64,000 bases of DNA, taken from contig JBNRMN010000082.1 in the NCBI GenBank assembly GCA_050309605.1, positions 22,249 to 86,248 on the forward strand. Reading direction: 5' to 3'. The DNA is from Anaerohalosphaeraceae bacterium. Lineage in GTDB: Bacteria > Planctomycetota > Phycisphaerae > Sedimentisphaerales > Anaerohalosphaeraceae. Positions 48,020 through 58,398 of this stretch are shown one piece after another. The notes under the pieces were generated by a model. The model did not search any database. It saw only the letters and a program-made list of their open reading frames with translations, and had not been told where the DNA came from. The position numbers and the translations under genes were made by a program. Within the stretch, counting starts at the first letter, position 1; each line of letters opens with the position of its first letter.

Positions 48020-49291
48020 ATGCGAATGATGGCACTATCAGCGGTGATTGCATTGACGGCGGCGATAGCCGGCGAGCCGAATAGACCGTCTAGTGATCCA
48101 AACGTTCTGACCCTTGATCCGAACATGGCGGAATTGAGTTACGACCCCAATGCCGCACCGGACGAGATCGTTGCCGAGCACATACTTTCCGTTCCGTTGC
48201 CCGAACCTGTCTTAACGGTCATCACACCGGCGACGGAGCCGCCCGATTTTCGATATCGCCTGACCTATCGACTCAACGAGTTGATTGACGGTGATTCATG
48301 GGATTATTACCACAAGTTTTTTGCCGTTGATCCGAATCACCCCGAATGTGTACCCGATGCGGACCTGCTGCGCGAGCAGTTGGCGCTGCGGCCGGAAGAA
48401 ATGGATATGGAGAAACTGACAGCCCATTTCGCGATGCTGCACGAAAAAACCAAATGGCTTGAACAGGCCGTGCGCTGCCGCAATGTGGTCTGGCCGAAAA
48501 TCACTCCTCCACGGCGGCGACCCTCTTATTTGAGAGGATGGAGGTATGACAGGACATATGACGGCGACGAAGAGCCGAATGTTCCCCCGCATTTGACACT
48601 GAAAATCGCCGAGATTCCGGAACTGCTTGAGAAGCTGGATACCGCCGCTATGCTTTTGGCGGCTCAAGCGCGGTACTGGATTGTGCAGGGTGATTATGAC
48701 CAAGCATCCCGGTGGCTGCGAACGGCTTTGGCACAGGGACGACAGATGACTCGCAACGCCGATGCGCCGCTGGCGATGGCCGGAGCGGCCCATCTGGGCA
48801 GGGTACTGAGCCAGATCGAATGGTGGGTTCAACAGCCGTCCGCGCCGAGTTTATTTCGTCCATTAAGCGATTTGCCGCGTCCACTGGTTGTGTTTTCTGA
48901 TGTCTTTGGGTCGCAGCAGTATGAGGAATTTGACTCCGCCGACATCCTTGAAGTTGAGCCGGATTGTCTCGCGAACGCGCCTCGTATCGTGCAATCCATC
49001 GAACGGCTGCGGGCCGCGCTGCAATGTATCGAAGCGATTCGTCTGCATGCAGCGCTGAACGAAGGTCAGTTCCCACGGTCATTGACTGAGATCACCGATG
49101 TGCGTGTGCCGCTGGATCCGATGACACGGCAGGCCTTTGTCTATGAGCGGCGCAACGGGGTGTTTATTCTTTCGCTGGATAACGACGTGAGAGCCGGACA
49201 AGTAGAGTTTCGTTATCGCATTCTTCGCAATCCGGATGATATGATGGAAAAACAGGGGATATGGGGAATGCCCGGAATGCCAATGTTCTGA
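48020..49291 (+). CDS. Exported helical protein with pseudopilin-like C-terminal motif
   Basis: Signal peptide; DPN repeats at the N-terminus; C-terminal EAIRLHA....G.FP.SL......P.DP.T...F.Y resembles the GspG C-terminal motif. Confidence 0.65.
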   Translation: MRMMALSAVIALTAAIAGEPNRPSSDPNVLTLDPNMAELSYDPNAAPDEIVAEHILSVPLPEPVLTVITPATEPPDFRYRLTYRLNELIDGDSWDYYHKFFAVDPNHPECVPDADLLREQLALRPEEMDMEKLTAHFAMLHEKTKWLEQAVRCRNVVWPKITPPRRRPSYLRGWRYDRTYDGDEEPNVPPHLTLKIAEIPELLEKLDTAAMLLAAQARYWIVQGDYDQASRWLRTALAQGRQMTRNADAPLAMAGAAHLGRVLSQIEWWVQQPSAPSLFRPLSDLPRPLVVFSDVFGSQQYEEFDSADILEVEPDCLANAPRIVQSIERLRAALQCIEAIRLHAALNEGQFPRSLTEITDVRVPLDPMTRQAFVYERRNGVFILSLDNDVRAGQVEFRYRILRNPDDMMEKQGIWGMPGMPMF

Positions 49292-49308
49292 TAAAGGGTG
49301 ACTGTATT

Positions 49309-50502
49309 ATGGCCTTATTTTCTTATCAATCGGTGACTGAATCGGGTCGGCTGATGACCGGCACGGTGGAGGCGTCCGGCCCTGAACAGGCCGCGCAGAT
49401 GCTTACGGAAATGCGTCTGCGTGTTAACACCATCGAAAAGGTCAAAGACAGACCTCCGCAAACGCCGGTCGGGCGAAACGAGTTTTTGTTGTTTAACCAG
49501 CAGCTTGCTTCGCTGACCCAGGCCGGTATTCCACTGGAGCGGGGGCTGCGGGAATTGGCCGCCGATGCCGGTTCCGGCAAAATGACGCGGCTGATCAATG
49601 AAATCACCGATGATCTTGAACGCGGCGTATCGCTGGATGAGGCGGTCGAAAAACGCAAGTCGCACTTTCCGCCGCTGTACAGCCAGATTCTAAAAGCTGG
49701 GCTGCGGACCGGCCGACTCAGCGAGATGCTGACCTGTCTGAATCGGCATCTGGAAGTGGAACTTCAAACGCGGCGGATCATCACAGAGGCGATGTGCTAT
49801 CCGGGCGTCGTGCTGATGTTGATGGCAGTGATCTTGACGTTTCTTCTGGTGGTGCTGGTGCCGCCTTTTTCGGAAATGATAAATGATATGAGCTGGAGCG
49901 GGTTGCCTTATCCGACTCGATTGGTGTTTTCCCTGTCGCGGTACGTATGGCATTTTTGGATGGCGGCAGGGATTGCCGTTGCCGCGGCGGTGATTTTGTG
50001 GCGTACGCTGTCGGCTTCCGCGGCGGGGCGACGATGGCGCGAGAGGGTCATTCTTCGAATACCGTTGATCGGACGGGTGTATGAAAGCAGTCTGCTGGCG
50101 CGATTGGCCGAGGCGATGGCGGTGCTGACGGCCGCGGGGTGTACCCTTCCGATGATGGTGCGTCTGGCCGGGCAGTCCAGCCGCAGCGAACTGATGAAAA
50201 GCGATTGCACCTTGCTGGCCGACCAACTGGAACAGGGGGCGAGCATTTTTGAAAGCGGCATGGGCTGTCGGCTCATTCCACGTCTGTATTTGTATGCGAT
50301 GCAGCTTGCCGCTCAGCGCAATGAACTGTATGACAGTCTGACCAATTTGGGACAGATGTACACCCAGCAGACCCTTGCGCGGCAGGGCCGTACACGGGCG
50401 CTGCTGATGCCGGGGATGATTATCATTATCGGCGGCATCGTAGGGGGTGTCGTCTTTTCTATGTTTCTGCCGTTAGTGACAATCATTACGGTGATGATGT
50501 AA
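49309..50502 (+). CDS. GspF/PilC inner-membrane platform protein
   Basis: F.Y......G....G.VEA, F.QQLA.L..AGIPL, L..G.SL, YP..V, PPF...LP..T, M(F)LPL. Confidence 0.88.
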   Translation: MALFSYQSVTESGRLMTGTVEASGPEQAAQMLTEMRLRVNTIEKVKDRPPQTPVGRNEFLLFNQQLASLTQAGIPLERGLRELAADAGSGKMTRLINEITDDLERGVSLDEAVEKRKSHFPPLYSQILKAGLRTGRLSEMLTCLNRHLEVELQTRRIITEAMCYPGVVLMLMAVILTFLLVVLVPPFSEMINDMSWSGLPYPTRLVFSLSRYVWHFWMAAGIAVAAAVILWRTLSASAAGRRWRERVILRIPLIGRVYESSLLARLAEAMAVLTAAGCTLPMMVRLAGQSSRSELMKSDCTLLADQLEQGASIFESGMGCRLIPRLYLYAMQLAAQRNELYDSLTNLGQMYTQQTLARQGRTRALLMPGMIIIIGGIVGGVVFSMFLPLVTIITVMM

Positions 50503-50503
50503 C

Positions 50504-51958
50504 ATGTGGGTATTCTTCCCTGTCATTTTGATCGTTTTGGGTGTGTATGTTGTGCTGGTCTGGAAATTCCCCGGCTGGCTCGTGGGCCTGTTGCCTGTAT
50601 CCGTTGGTGTGCCGTTGGTTCTGGGGCTTATACCCGACATACCAGAACCGTTTCCGATTTCGCTGGGTGCACTTGTGTTTATCATCACGGTCAGCCTGGT
50701 TCACTTCAAGCCGATCCCGTTCATTGAACAAGAGCCGTGGTATAAAGTCCTTAGCGGGATTCTGTTCCGGATAATTCTCTGGTGTTTTTATCTGATCGCT
50801 CTGACGGCACTGTTTCATTTCTTCGGCGCGATTCTGTTTTTTATATCGCTGATTTTTGTGTTTCGTTACAAACAAACGCGCCGCTACAGCTTGTCGCTGA
50901 ACGTGCTTTCGACGATCACAGCGGCCATGCGTCAGAATCTGCCGTTGCCGATGGCACTGGAAACAGCGGCGTCAAACGGCAAGGACCCTGCGGCGAAGAT
51001 TTACCGTCAAACGGCGAAGTGGCTGTGCGAAGGACAGTCGCTCAGCGAGGCACTCAAGCGCGCCTATCGGCGGTGTCCGGCCGAGATCATCGCCGCGCTT
51101 GCCGCCGGCGAGGCCATGAATCAGCTTCCGGCCGCAGCGGCGGCGCTGGAACAGGATTGCATCGCCCATGTCAACGGGTTTGAGAAAATCAGGCCAATCC
51201 ATCCCGCCTATCCGCTGATTGTCATCCTGGTTGCGGTTGTGATCATGTCGGGTTTATGTGTGTTTATCCTCCCGACCTTCGCTGAAGTGATCAGGGATAT
51301 AACCGGCGGTCAGGCCGTCTTGCCGGCTTCCACACAACTGCTGCTGAATTTGACGACCTCATTGATGCGACCCGGCATGGTACTGCTGGTTGTGATTGGA
51401 CTGCTGATTGTCCTGGTGGTGGGGTTGTATGTTTATAATCGCCCGCGTCGTCCCGAACGCCCCCGGCTGCTGAGTCGGGTGGGCGACTGGATCAAGTGGC
51501 ATATTCCCGGTGTGGGTTATTTTGAACGGCTGTACTCCCTTCAACGCACGATTCAGAGTATGCAGGCCGGGTTGCAGGCCGGCTATTGCTTCGATGCAAT
51601 CGTGCGCCAGACGCTTCGGCTGGATGTGAACGTGTGTTTTCGAAAAAAACTGCGCCGCTGGCTGGCAGAGATCCAAGCGGGCCGCCCCATTGCCGACAGC
51701 GCCGCGGCCTGCGGCCTGGGGCATACCCTGGCCTGGGCACTGGACGAAAAAGTCAACAAGGGCAATACCCCTCAATTGCTCAAAATGCTTGAGGAAATCT
51801 GCCGCAACCGTTATCACTATCGGCTCAATATCGTTCACTCGGTGATTTGGCCGCTGGTGGTGGTCGCGATGGGCGGCGGCGTAGGGTTTGTGATGTTTGC
51901 AATGTTTTCGGCAATCGTCAGCATGATCACATACACAATGGACTATTCGATGCCGTAA
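50504..51958 (+). CDS. Second GspF/PilC protein with N-terminal multi-TM extension
   Basis: About 120-aa hydrophobic N-terminus, then LPL..AL, L.EG.SLSEAL, YP, LPTF..V, LPAST. Confidence 0.8.
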   Translation: MWVFFPVILIVLGVYVVLVWKFPGWLVGLLPVSVGVPLVLGLIPDIPEPFPISLGALVFIITVSLVHFKPIPFIEQEPWYKVLSGILFRIILWCFYLIALTALFHFFGAILFFISLIFVFRYKQTRRYSLSLNVLSTITAAMRQNLPLPMALETAASNGKDPAAKIYRQTAKWLCEGQSLSEALKRAYRRCPAEIIAALAAGEAMNQLPAAAAALEQDCIAHVNGFEKIRPIHPAYPLIVILVAVVIMSGLCVFILPTFAEVIRDITGGQAVLPASTQLLLNLTTSLMRPGMVLLVVIGLLIVLVVGLYVYNRPRRPERPRLLSRVGDWIKWHIPGVGYFERLYSLQRTIQSMQAGLQAGYCFDAIVRQTLRLDVNVCFRKKLRRWLAEIQAGRPIADSAAACGLGHTLAWALDEKVNKGNTPQLLKMLEEICRNRYHYRLNIVHSVIWPLVVVAMGGGVGFVMFAMFSAIVSMITYTMDYSMP

Positions 51959-52015
51959 AGAACGTAAATAATGACATGTAAAATGTGGAAACGGCTCTTA
52001 CAGAAATTGCACAGA

Positions 52016-52393
52016 ATGAATTCAAGACAGCGACAACGCGGCTGGTTGATGGTGGAGATGATGGTTGCTCTGTTTGTCATTTTTACCCTGACAGCGGCAC
52101 TGACAACAATTACACTCACCGCCGGTAAAGGCAACCGAATGCTTTGGGCCAGGCGCCAGGCGCTGGCGGCAGCCGAAGCGCAGTTGGATTGCCTGACGCA
52201 GTCCGGTGCGCCGCTGCCGGAGACCGAATTCAAACGCCTCTGGCCGAGTTTTGACTGTACCATTGATATCGTCGCCGGTACCGACTCGACGGCCGAACTT
52301 CAGCGAGTGCAGGTGACGGTCACAGGTCGAGTGAACAAAAAAAACATTTGTGTTGCCGAACAACGATATATCATTGAACGAGAAGCCCAATGA
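52016..52393 (+). CDS. Prepilin-type (minor pilin/pseudopilin) protein
   Basis: Basic leader RQRQRG|WLMVEMMVAL: Gly at -1, Glu at +5, hydrophobic helix. Confidence 0.75.
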   Translation: MNSRQRQRGWLMVEMMVALFVIFTLTAALTTITLTAGKGNRMLWARRQALAAAEAQLDCLTQSGAPLPETEFKRLWPSFDCTIDIVAGTDSTAELQRVQVTVTGRVNKKNICVAEQRYIIEREAQ

Positions 52394-52908
52394 AACCACG
52401 ACGACCCAATGCCTTTTTGCTCAATGAGATGATCCTGATCATCGCGCTGCTCAGTGTCCTGATGATGCTGGCGGGCGAGCCGGTGCGGATATTCTTCGGC
52501 TCAGTCCTGCGAAGTCAGCAGGTCTTCTCACAGCAGGACTGCGTTGATACGCTGCTTTCACAGCTTCGTGCGCATACCGAGCAGGCCGCTGCGGTCTATG
52601 TTCAGCCCGCCGATGAGCGGCTGGGCGGGGATCTGCTGTATTTGACCGGTCCGGACGGCACGGTATGCTATCAGTTTTCCACCGGTCGGGCGGTTTGCAG
52701 TATGGGCGACCATGTTCAGCAGTGGGAAATGCCGCAGGTGCGGTTTGATTGGCGGCTGGTCACATTGCCCGATCAGTCGCAGGCGCTGTCGATCACAACC
52801 TTTCAGCAACACCGGCGCCGCGGGGATCTGCCGGCATTTCGCGGATCGTATGTATTTGTGGTCCATCTGGCCAATGATCACAGTCGCCGTATTTTGGAGT
52901 ACGACTAA
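52390..52908 (+). CDS. Prepilin-type (minor pilin/pseudopilin) protein
   Basis: KPRRPNA|FLLNEMILIIAL: Glu at +5; overlapping start. Confidence 0.7.
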   Translation: MKPRRPNAFLLNEMILIIALLSVLMMLAGEPVRIFFGSVLRSQQVFSQQDCVDTLLSQLRAHTEQAAAVYVQPADERLGGDLLYLTGPDGTVCYQFSTGRAVCSMGDHVQQWEMPQVRFDWRLVTLPDQSQALSITTFQQHRRRGDLPAFRGSYVFVVHLANDHSRRILEYD

Positions 52909-53285
52909 TGCAAACCAACCGACGCCATCGGGGATTTGTGCTGATTATTGCAGTGGTCTTGATTCCGCTGTTCGGTTTTGCAATGATGCTGACCACGTCG
53001 CATACGGCGCAGCTATCCCGCTCGCTTCGCGCTGTCGAGCAGCAACTGGAATACAAGAATCTCCGGCTCAGCGCCGAAGCGTGGCTTGAAGTCAATCGCC
53101 AAACCGTCCTGAATCTGGAGCCGGGCGAGTCGATGGCTGTGCCGACAGGCGATGTTGCAGCCCATCCGACCGAATGCACCGTCGAATTGACGTCGCGCGG
53201 CAACGGCGGGGCAACAGTAAATCTCATATTTCAGATAGAACAGGAGCAAAAAACGATTTCGTTAACGCACCCGTTCTCTCTGTAA
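52908..53285 (+). CDS. PilX/GspK-like minor pilin
   Basis: RRHRG|FVLIIAVV with no Glu at +5, as in GspK/PilX; TAATG coupling. Confidence 0.65.
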   Translation: MQTNRRHRGFVLIIAVVLIPLFGFAMMLTTSHTAQLSRSLRAVEQQLEYKNLRLSAEAWLEVNRQTVLNLEPGESMAVPTGDVAAHPTECTVELTSRGNGGATVNLIFQIEQEQKTISLTHPFSL

Positions 53286-53425
53286 TCTCGACAGATTCTT
53301 GTCCGCTCCTTGCCCTTGCCTTTGTCTATCTGCATTTCTAACTTCACTACGAACCCCAAAGCAAGTTGGTCGTATAACAAGGCGATATAGTATTGTTAGA
53401 AAATAGAAATAATAGGATTTTAAGG

Positions 53426-54475
53426 ATGACGTTTCTAACAGATTTAATTGTTGATTTCTGGCAGACCTTGTCCGAAATGTCTCCCTATCTGCTCTTGGGG
53501 TTTTTGGTGGCCGGGCTGCTGAGCGTCTGGATTTCGCCGGCGGCGGTCGAGCGGCATTTGGGTAATCGCGGATTTTGGTCGATTCTCAAGGCCTCACTGT
53601 TTGGCATCCCGCTTCCGCTGTGTTCATGCGGGGTGATACCCGTCTCGATGTCGCTGCACAAACACGGCGCCGGAAAAGGGGCGACAGCCTCGTTCCTGCT
53701 GTCCACGCCGCAAATCGGCGTCGATAGCATTCTGGTGACGTACAGTTTGATGGGGCCGACGCTGGCGATTTTTCGTCCTTTGGCGGCACTGGCAACCGGT
53801 TTGTTCGGCGGAAGCTTGGTGGAGCTGGTGGAAAAAAACAACACTTCGTCGGAAAAAACAAACGCCTGCAATGACGACTGCTGTTCAACGGATAAACCCA
53901 AAGCCAATTGGTTTGTACGGGCGATGCGGCATGGTTTTGTCACGCTGCCGGCCGACATCGGGCGCTCAATGCTCATCGGGCTGGCTATCGCCGCCCTTAT
54001 TTCGGCGGTCGTGCCGGATGACTTTTTCGCTTCCTATCTGGCCGGCGGCGGGGGACTGGTTGCGATGCTGGTGATGCTGGCGGCCGGTATTCCGGTGTAT
54101 GTTTGTGCCACGGCCTCGGTCCCTGTTGCGGTTGCCTTGATGGCCAAAGGCCTCAGTCCCGGTGCGGCCATGGTGTTCTTAATGACCGGCCCGGCCACCA
54201 ACGCCGCGGCCCTGGCGACGCTGTGGGGCACACTCGGCAAACGCTCGGCGATTGCCTATCTGGGCAGTGTGATCGTTTGCGCACTGGCATCGGGCGTCCT
54301 CATTGACCAGTTCATTTTTGTCGGCGGTTTTGACCCCGATATACACGCCCACCATACCATGCTGCCGCAGGGGGTGACGACTGTTTCTGCGGTGGCGTTG
54401 CTGGGCGTTCTGGGCTTCGGGATATACCGAAAACACAAAAACAACCTCAACAATATAACAGTCAACAGCCATTGA
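53426..54475 (+). CDS. DUF318/ArsP-family permease (SO_0444-type putative metal efflux)
   Basis: PLPLCSCGVIP, FLLSTPQ, P.YVCATASVP, FL.TGPATN; Cys/His-rich loops. Confidence 0.85.
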   Translation: MTFLTDLIVDFWQTLSEMSPYLLLGFLVAGLLSVWISPAAVERHLGNRGFWSILKASLFGIPLPLCSCGVIPVSMSLHKHGAGKGATASFLLSTPQIGVDSILVTYSLMGPTLAIFRPLAALATGLFGGSLVELVEKNNTSSEKTNACNDDCCSTDKPKANWFVRAMRHGFVTLPADIGRSMLIGLAIAALISAVVPDDFFASYLAGGGGLVAMLVMLAAGIPVYVCATASVPVAVALMAKGLSPGAAMVFLMTGPATNAAALATLWGTLGKRSAIAYLGSVIVCALASGVLIDQFIFVGGFDPDIHAHHTMLPQGVTTVSAVALLGVLGFGIYRKHKNNLNNITVNSH

Positions 54476-54563
54476 TCAGGCTGGCTCTCGGTGTTTGAGG
54501 GGGTGCCGATCATGGTGGGTTTTGCCTTTTCATTTTTGTCTTGGCCGGTTACAATTCCAGCCA

Positions 54564-55169
54564 ATGGATTCGCAAAATCAAATACAATTTATTCTTGCTT
54601 CCGCTTCGCCGCGGCGGCGGCGGCTGCTTCAGCAGGCGGGCTATCGGTTTGAGACGGCGCCGTCCGATGTCGATGAGACCGCGTTTGAACAGAATGCGAC
54701 CGACTCGCAGCAGCTCAGTACACAGCTTGCGCTGATCAAAGCCGAATGCATTGCCCGGCGATTTCCGGAGCGGATTGTGTTGGGAGCCGACACCGTGGTT
54801 GATGCCGATGGCCATATCATCGGCAAGCCCGACGACGCCGCCCACGCCGAGCAAATCACCCGTTTACTGTTCAGCCGGCCGCACAAGGTCATTACCGGCG
54901 TAGCGCTGGTGTGCATCGACAAAGCCCTCAGAATCGTCGAGGCCGATGTAACAACCGTTTATCCGCAGCCGCTGACCGAACAGCAGATCGCCGAGCATAT
55001 CGCTTCGGGCAACTGGCAGGGCAAGGCCGGCGCCTACGGCATTCAGGAAAGCGGCGACGAATTTGTTCAACGTATCGACGGTTCCCTGACCAATGTGATG
55101 GGCTTGCCGATGGAGCGTATTGAACATCTGCTGGCTTCAATCGGTATCCATCCGCAGTGTTGCTTATAG
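54564..55169 (+). CDS. maf: Maf/YhdE nucleoside triphosphate pyrophosphatase
   Basis: ILASASPRR, GADTVV, GKP, H.V.TGV, KAGAYGIQ, NV.GLP. Confidence 0.92.
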   Translation: MDSQNQIQFILASASPRRRRLLQQAGYRFETAPSDVDETAFEQNATDSQQLSTQLALIKAECIARRFPERIVLGADTVVDADGHIIGKPDDAAHAEQITRLLFSRPHKVITGVALVCIDKALRIVEADVTTVYPQPLTEQQIAEHIASGNWQGKAGAYGIQESGDEFVQRIDGSLTNVMGLPMERIEHLLASIGIHPQCCL

Positions 55170-55212
55170 ATAGCTACGGCTTTCTGACAACGTGTGAAGT
55201 TTGGATGGCCTG

Positions 55213-56817
55213 TCAGGCACATGTCGTGTCATGTTGGCAAATGACCTCGGCGACCTTGATGCCATCCACCGCGGCCGACATAATCCCCCCGGCGTAACCG
55301 GCGCCCTCACCGGCCGGATACAGTCCCCGAATCGAGACGCTTTGAAAGTGTTCATCTCGCACGATTCGCAGCGGGCATGAACTTCGCGATTCAATCGCCG
55401 TCATCACCGCATCGGGCAGCGCAAAACCTCGCAGCTTACGATCCAATGCCGCAATCGCCTCGCGCAGCGTCTGTACCACAAAAGCCGGCATACATTCGGC
55501 CAAATCGGTCGGCCTGACGCCTGGTCTGTAAGTCGGGACGATATCGCCCAGTCCCGTCGAGGCTCTGCCGACCAGAAAATCTTCCACCCGCTGTGCCGGG
55601 GCAGCGTAATCACCGCCGCCAAGGGCAAAGGCCCTGCGCTCCCAGTGCCGCTGAAAGGCAATCCCTGACAGCGGTCCATCCGCTCCGAAATCGACCGGGG
55701 TGACGCCGACCAGCAGCGCGCTGTTGGCGTTGGGTTCATTCCGCGCATAGCGGCTCATCCCGTTGGTCACAATGCCGCCCGGCTCGCTGGATGCGGCGAT
55801 AACCTGCCCGCCCGGGCACATACAAAACGTATAGGCCGACCGTCCCGTCGCAGCGTGATAAACCAGTTTATAATCGGCCGCGCCCAGTCGCGGATGTCCG
55901 GCAAAACGACCGTATTGAGACTTATCAATCAGCGATTGCGGGTGCTCGATCCGCACGCCGATAGAAAAGGGTTTGGTCTCAATGACCGCGCCGCGGCGCA
56001 GCAGCATCTCAAAGGTATCACGCGCACTGTGCCCCGGTGCCAACACCAGCGCCGATGTGTCGATGATTTCGTCGTTGTTGACAATGGCTCCGGCAAGGCG
56101 CCCGTTGCGAACGACGATATCGGTCAGTTTGGTCTCAAAACGCACCACGCCGCCGAGCGACAGGATTTTATTGCGAATGTTCTGAACCACCTTAACGAGA
56201 TGGTCGCTGCCGATATGCGGCCGTGCCTCGTAGAGGATCTCTTTCGGCGCGCCCGCGGAGACCAGTTCCGTCAGTATCATTCGTACGCGGTTGTGCTTGT
56301 CCTTGATTTGCGTGGTCAACTTGCCGTCGGAAAACGTCCCCGCGCCGCCTTCGCCGAACGGCACATTGGATTCGGGATTGAGAATGCCGTCTCGCCAGAA
56401 TGCGTGTACGTCACGAATCCGCGTCTTGACGTCTTTGCCGCGTTCGATCAGAACGGGCTTGGCGCCGGCCTGTGCCAACAGAAGGGCGGCAAACAATCCG
56501 CACGGCCCGCTGCCAACGATCACCGGCGGTCTGCCCTCTGCGCGCCGCCGGACGGGGTGAACGCAGGCGGCCGGCGGTGCCGGTATAATATGGGCATCGT
56601 TTCCGTGCCGACTCAATACGTCCGCCTCGTTTGAAACCTCTGCATCCACACAATAAACCGCTAAAATCCGGTGTTTCTTGCGGGCGTCAATGGATTTGCG
56701 AACCAGGATGACTGTGTTCAAATCAGCCGGGGAGATACCCAATTTGTGTGCCGTCGCCTCGGCCAGGGCCTCCGGCTTATGGTCAAAGGGCAAACAGATG
56801 TCTCGAATCCGAATCAT
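55213..56817 (-). CDS. Uncharacterised FAD/NAD(P)-dependent oxidoreductase (COG2509 type)
   Basis: VGSGPCG, GEGGAGTFSDGKL, GHSARD, FCMCPGG, TNGMS, GEGAGYAGGI.SAA.DG. Confidence 0.88.
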   Translation of the reverse strand: MIRIRDICLPFDHKPEALAEATAHKLGISPADLNTVILVRKSIDARKKHRILAVYCVDAEVSNEADVLSRHGNDAHIIPAPPAACVHPVRRRAEGRPPVIVGSGPCGLFAALLLAQAGAKPVLIERGKDVKTRIRDVHAFWRDGILNPESNVPFGEGGAGTFSDGKLTTQIKDKHNRVRMILTELVSAGAPKEILYEARPHIGSDHLVKVVQNIRNKILSLGGVVRFETKLTDIVVRNGRLAGAIVNNDEIIDTSALVLAPGHSARDTFEMLLRRGAVIETKPFSIGVRIEHPQSLIDKSQYGRFAGHPRLGAADYKLVYHAATGRSAYTFCMCPGGQVIAASSEPGGIVTNGMSRYARNEPNANSALLVGVTPVDFGADGPLSGIAFQRHWERRAFALGGGDYAAPAQRVEDFLVGRASTGLGDIVPTYRPGVRPTDLAECMPAFVVQTLREAIAALDRKLRGFALPDAVMTAIESRSSCPLRIVRDEHFQSVSIRGLYPAGEGAGYAGGIMSAAVDGIKVAEVICQHDTTCA

Positions 56818-57006
56818 AGTTGCAATACTCTACCTGCGGTACAAGGGGATTGTCAAGAAACCTTGTGTTTTGTGCGGTTTTGCCGCTTGTTCGATTGCGT
56901 TTGATTGGGTATGTTTTACGGCTTTTGGGTTTGGTTTTTTGTGCTTTTGAGATTATAATGCGGTTTTATTGGATAAGAAACGATAATCCCATTCTGGAGA
57001 AGTACG

Positions 57007-58395
57007 ATGTCGGAAACGTTTGATGTGGTCGTCATCGGCGGCGGACCGGGCGGATACGCCTCGGCGATTCGCTGTGCACAAAAGGGCGCATCGGTCGCGT
57101 TAGTGGAAAAGAAGGCCATGGGCGGTACCTGTTTGAATGTCGGGTGTATCCCCTCAAAAGCACTGCTGGCCTCGGTGCATTTCCTGACGCAGGCTAAACA
57201 TGCCAATCTGATGGGACTGGACATTCAAGGCGCCGTCAACCCCAACTGGCCCAAGATGCTTGCGCGTAAGGACGCCATCGTTGCCGGCTTTACCAAAGGA
57301 GTAACCGGCCTGATTCAAAGCAACGGCATCAAGATTTACAGCGGCGCCGGTGTTGCAACCGCACCGGGCAAGATTTCCGTCAGCGGACAGGATTCAGCTC
57401 AGCTTGAATGCAAGACCATCATCCTGGCCACCGGTTCGGAGCCGATTAACATCCCGGCCTTTCCGTTTGATTACAAAACCATCATCAGCAGCACGGAAGC
57501 CTTGAGTCTGCCGCAGATTCCCGATTCGATGGTGATAATCGGCGGCGGCGTGATAGGCTGTGAGATGGCCTGCATTTATGCCGCCGTCGGCTGTAAAGTC
57601 ACCATCATCGAAGCCCTGTCTCAGCTTCTCCCGAACGAAGATACCTGGGTCGGCGGCCTGCTGGCCAAAGAATTCAAAAAACTGGGTATTAACGCGATGG
57701 TTAACTGCAAAGTAACCGCCGTTCAGACGACCTCTGACGGAGCAACTGTACAGCTTGAGGACGGTCAATCGATTCCCGCCGAAAAAGTGCTGGTTGCGGT
57801 GGGGCGGCGGGCCTGCTGCGACAAAGAAACGGTCGAAAATCTCGGCCTCAAAATGAACGGCCCGGCAATCGCAGTCGATAAACAAATGCAAACCAGCGTG
57901 CCCGGCGTCTATGCGGTCGGTGATGCGGTCGGTACGACCTACCTGGCCCACGGTGCATTTCAGGAGGCCGAAATCGCTTCAGACAACGCAACCGGACATC
58001 CCGCCCAGATGGGCGATTACCATCTTATTCCCCGTGCGGTCTATTCCTTTCCGGAAGTCGCCTCGGTAGGCTTGAATGAGCGTCAATGTGCCGAACAGGG
58101 TCTCGATGTGGCCATCGGCAAGGCGCCGTTCCGCTCGAACGGACGAAGTGTTGCCCATAATGAAGGCGTCGGCGAAATCCGCGTCCTTCGCAGCAAAACC
58201 GATGATAAAATCCTCGGCGTTACCCTGGTCGGTGCAAGCGTCACGGAACTGGTTGCCGCCGCTCGTGCCCTCATCGGCAGTACCGAAAAGATAGAAGAAG
58301 TCTGCTTTGCCCATCCGACTGTCTCGGAAGTGCTCAAAGAAGCGTGGGAAGACGCCTTTGGCCTGAGCCTGCACGTGCCGCCGACAAAAAAATAA
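57007..58395 (+). CDS. lpdA: Dihydrolipoyl dehydrogenase
   Basis: IGGGPGGY, GGTCLNVGCIPSK redox disulfide, GGGVIG.E, HPTVSE. Confidence 0.92.
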   Translation: MSETFDVVVIGGGPGGYASAIRCAQKGASVALVEKKAMGGTCLNVGCIPSKALLASVHFLTQAKHANLMGLDIQGAVNPNWPKMLARKDAIVAGFTKGVTGLIQSNGIKIYSGAGVATAPGKISVSGQDSAQLECKTIILATGSEPINIPAFPFDYKTIISSTEALSLPQIPDSMVIIGGGVIGCEMACIYAAVGCKVTIIEALSQLLPNEDTWVGGLLAKEFKKLGINAMVNCKVTAVQTTSDGATVQLEDGQSIPAEKVLVAVGRRACCDKETVENLGLKMNGPAIAVDKQMQTSVPGVYAVGDAVGTTYLAHGAFQEAEIASDNATGHPAQMGDYHLIPRAVYSFPEVASVGLNERQCAEQGLDVAIGKAPFRSNGRSVAHNEGVGEIRVLRSKTDDKILGVTLVGASVTELVAAARALIGSTEKIEEVCFAHPTVSEVLKEAWEDAFGLSLHVPPTKK

Positions 58396-58398
58396 GGG

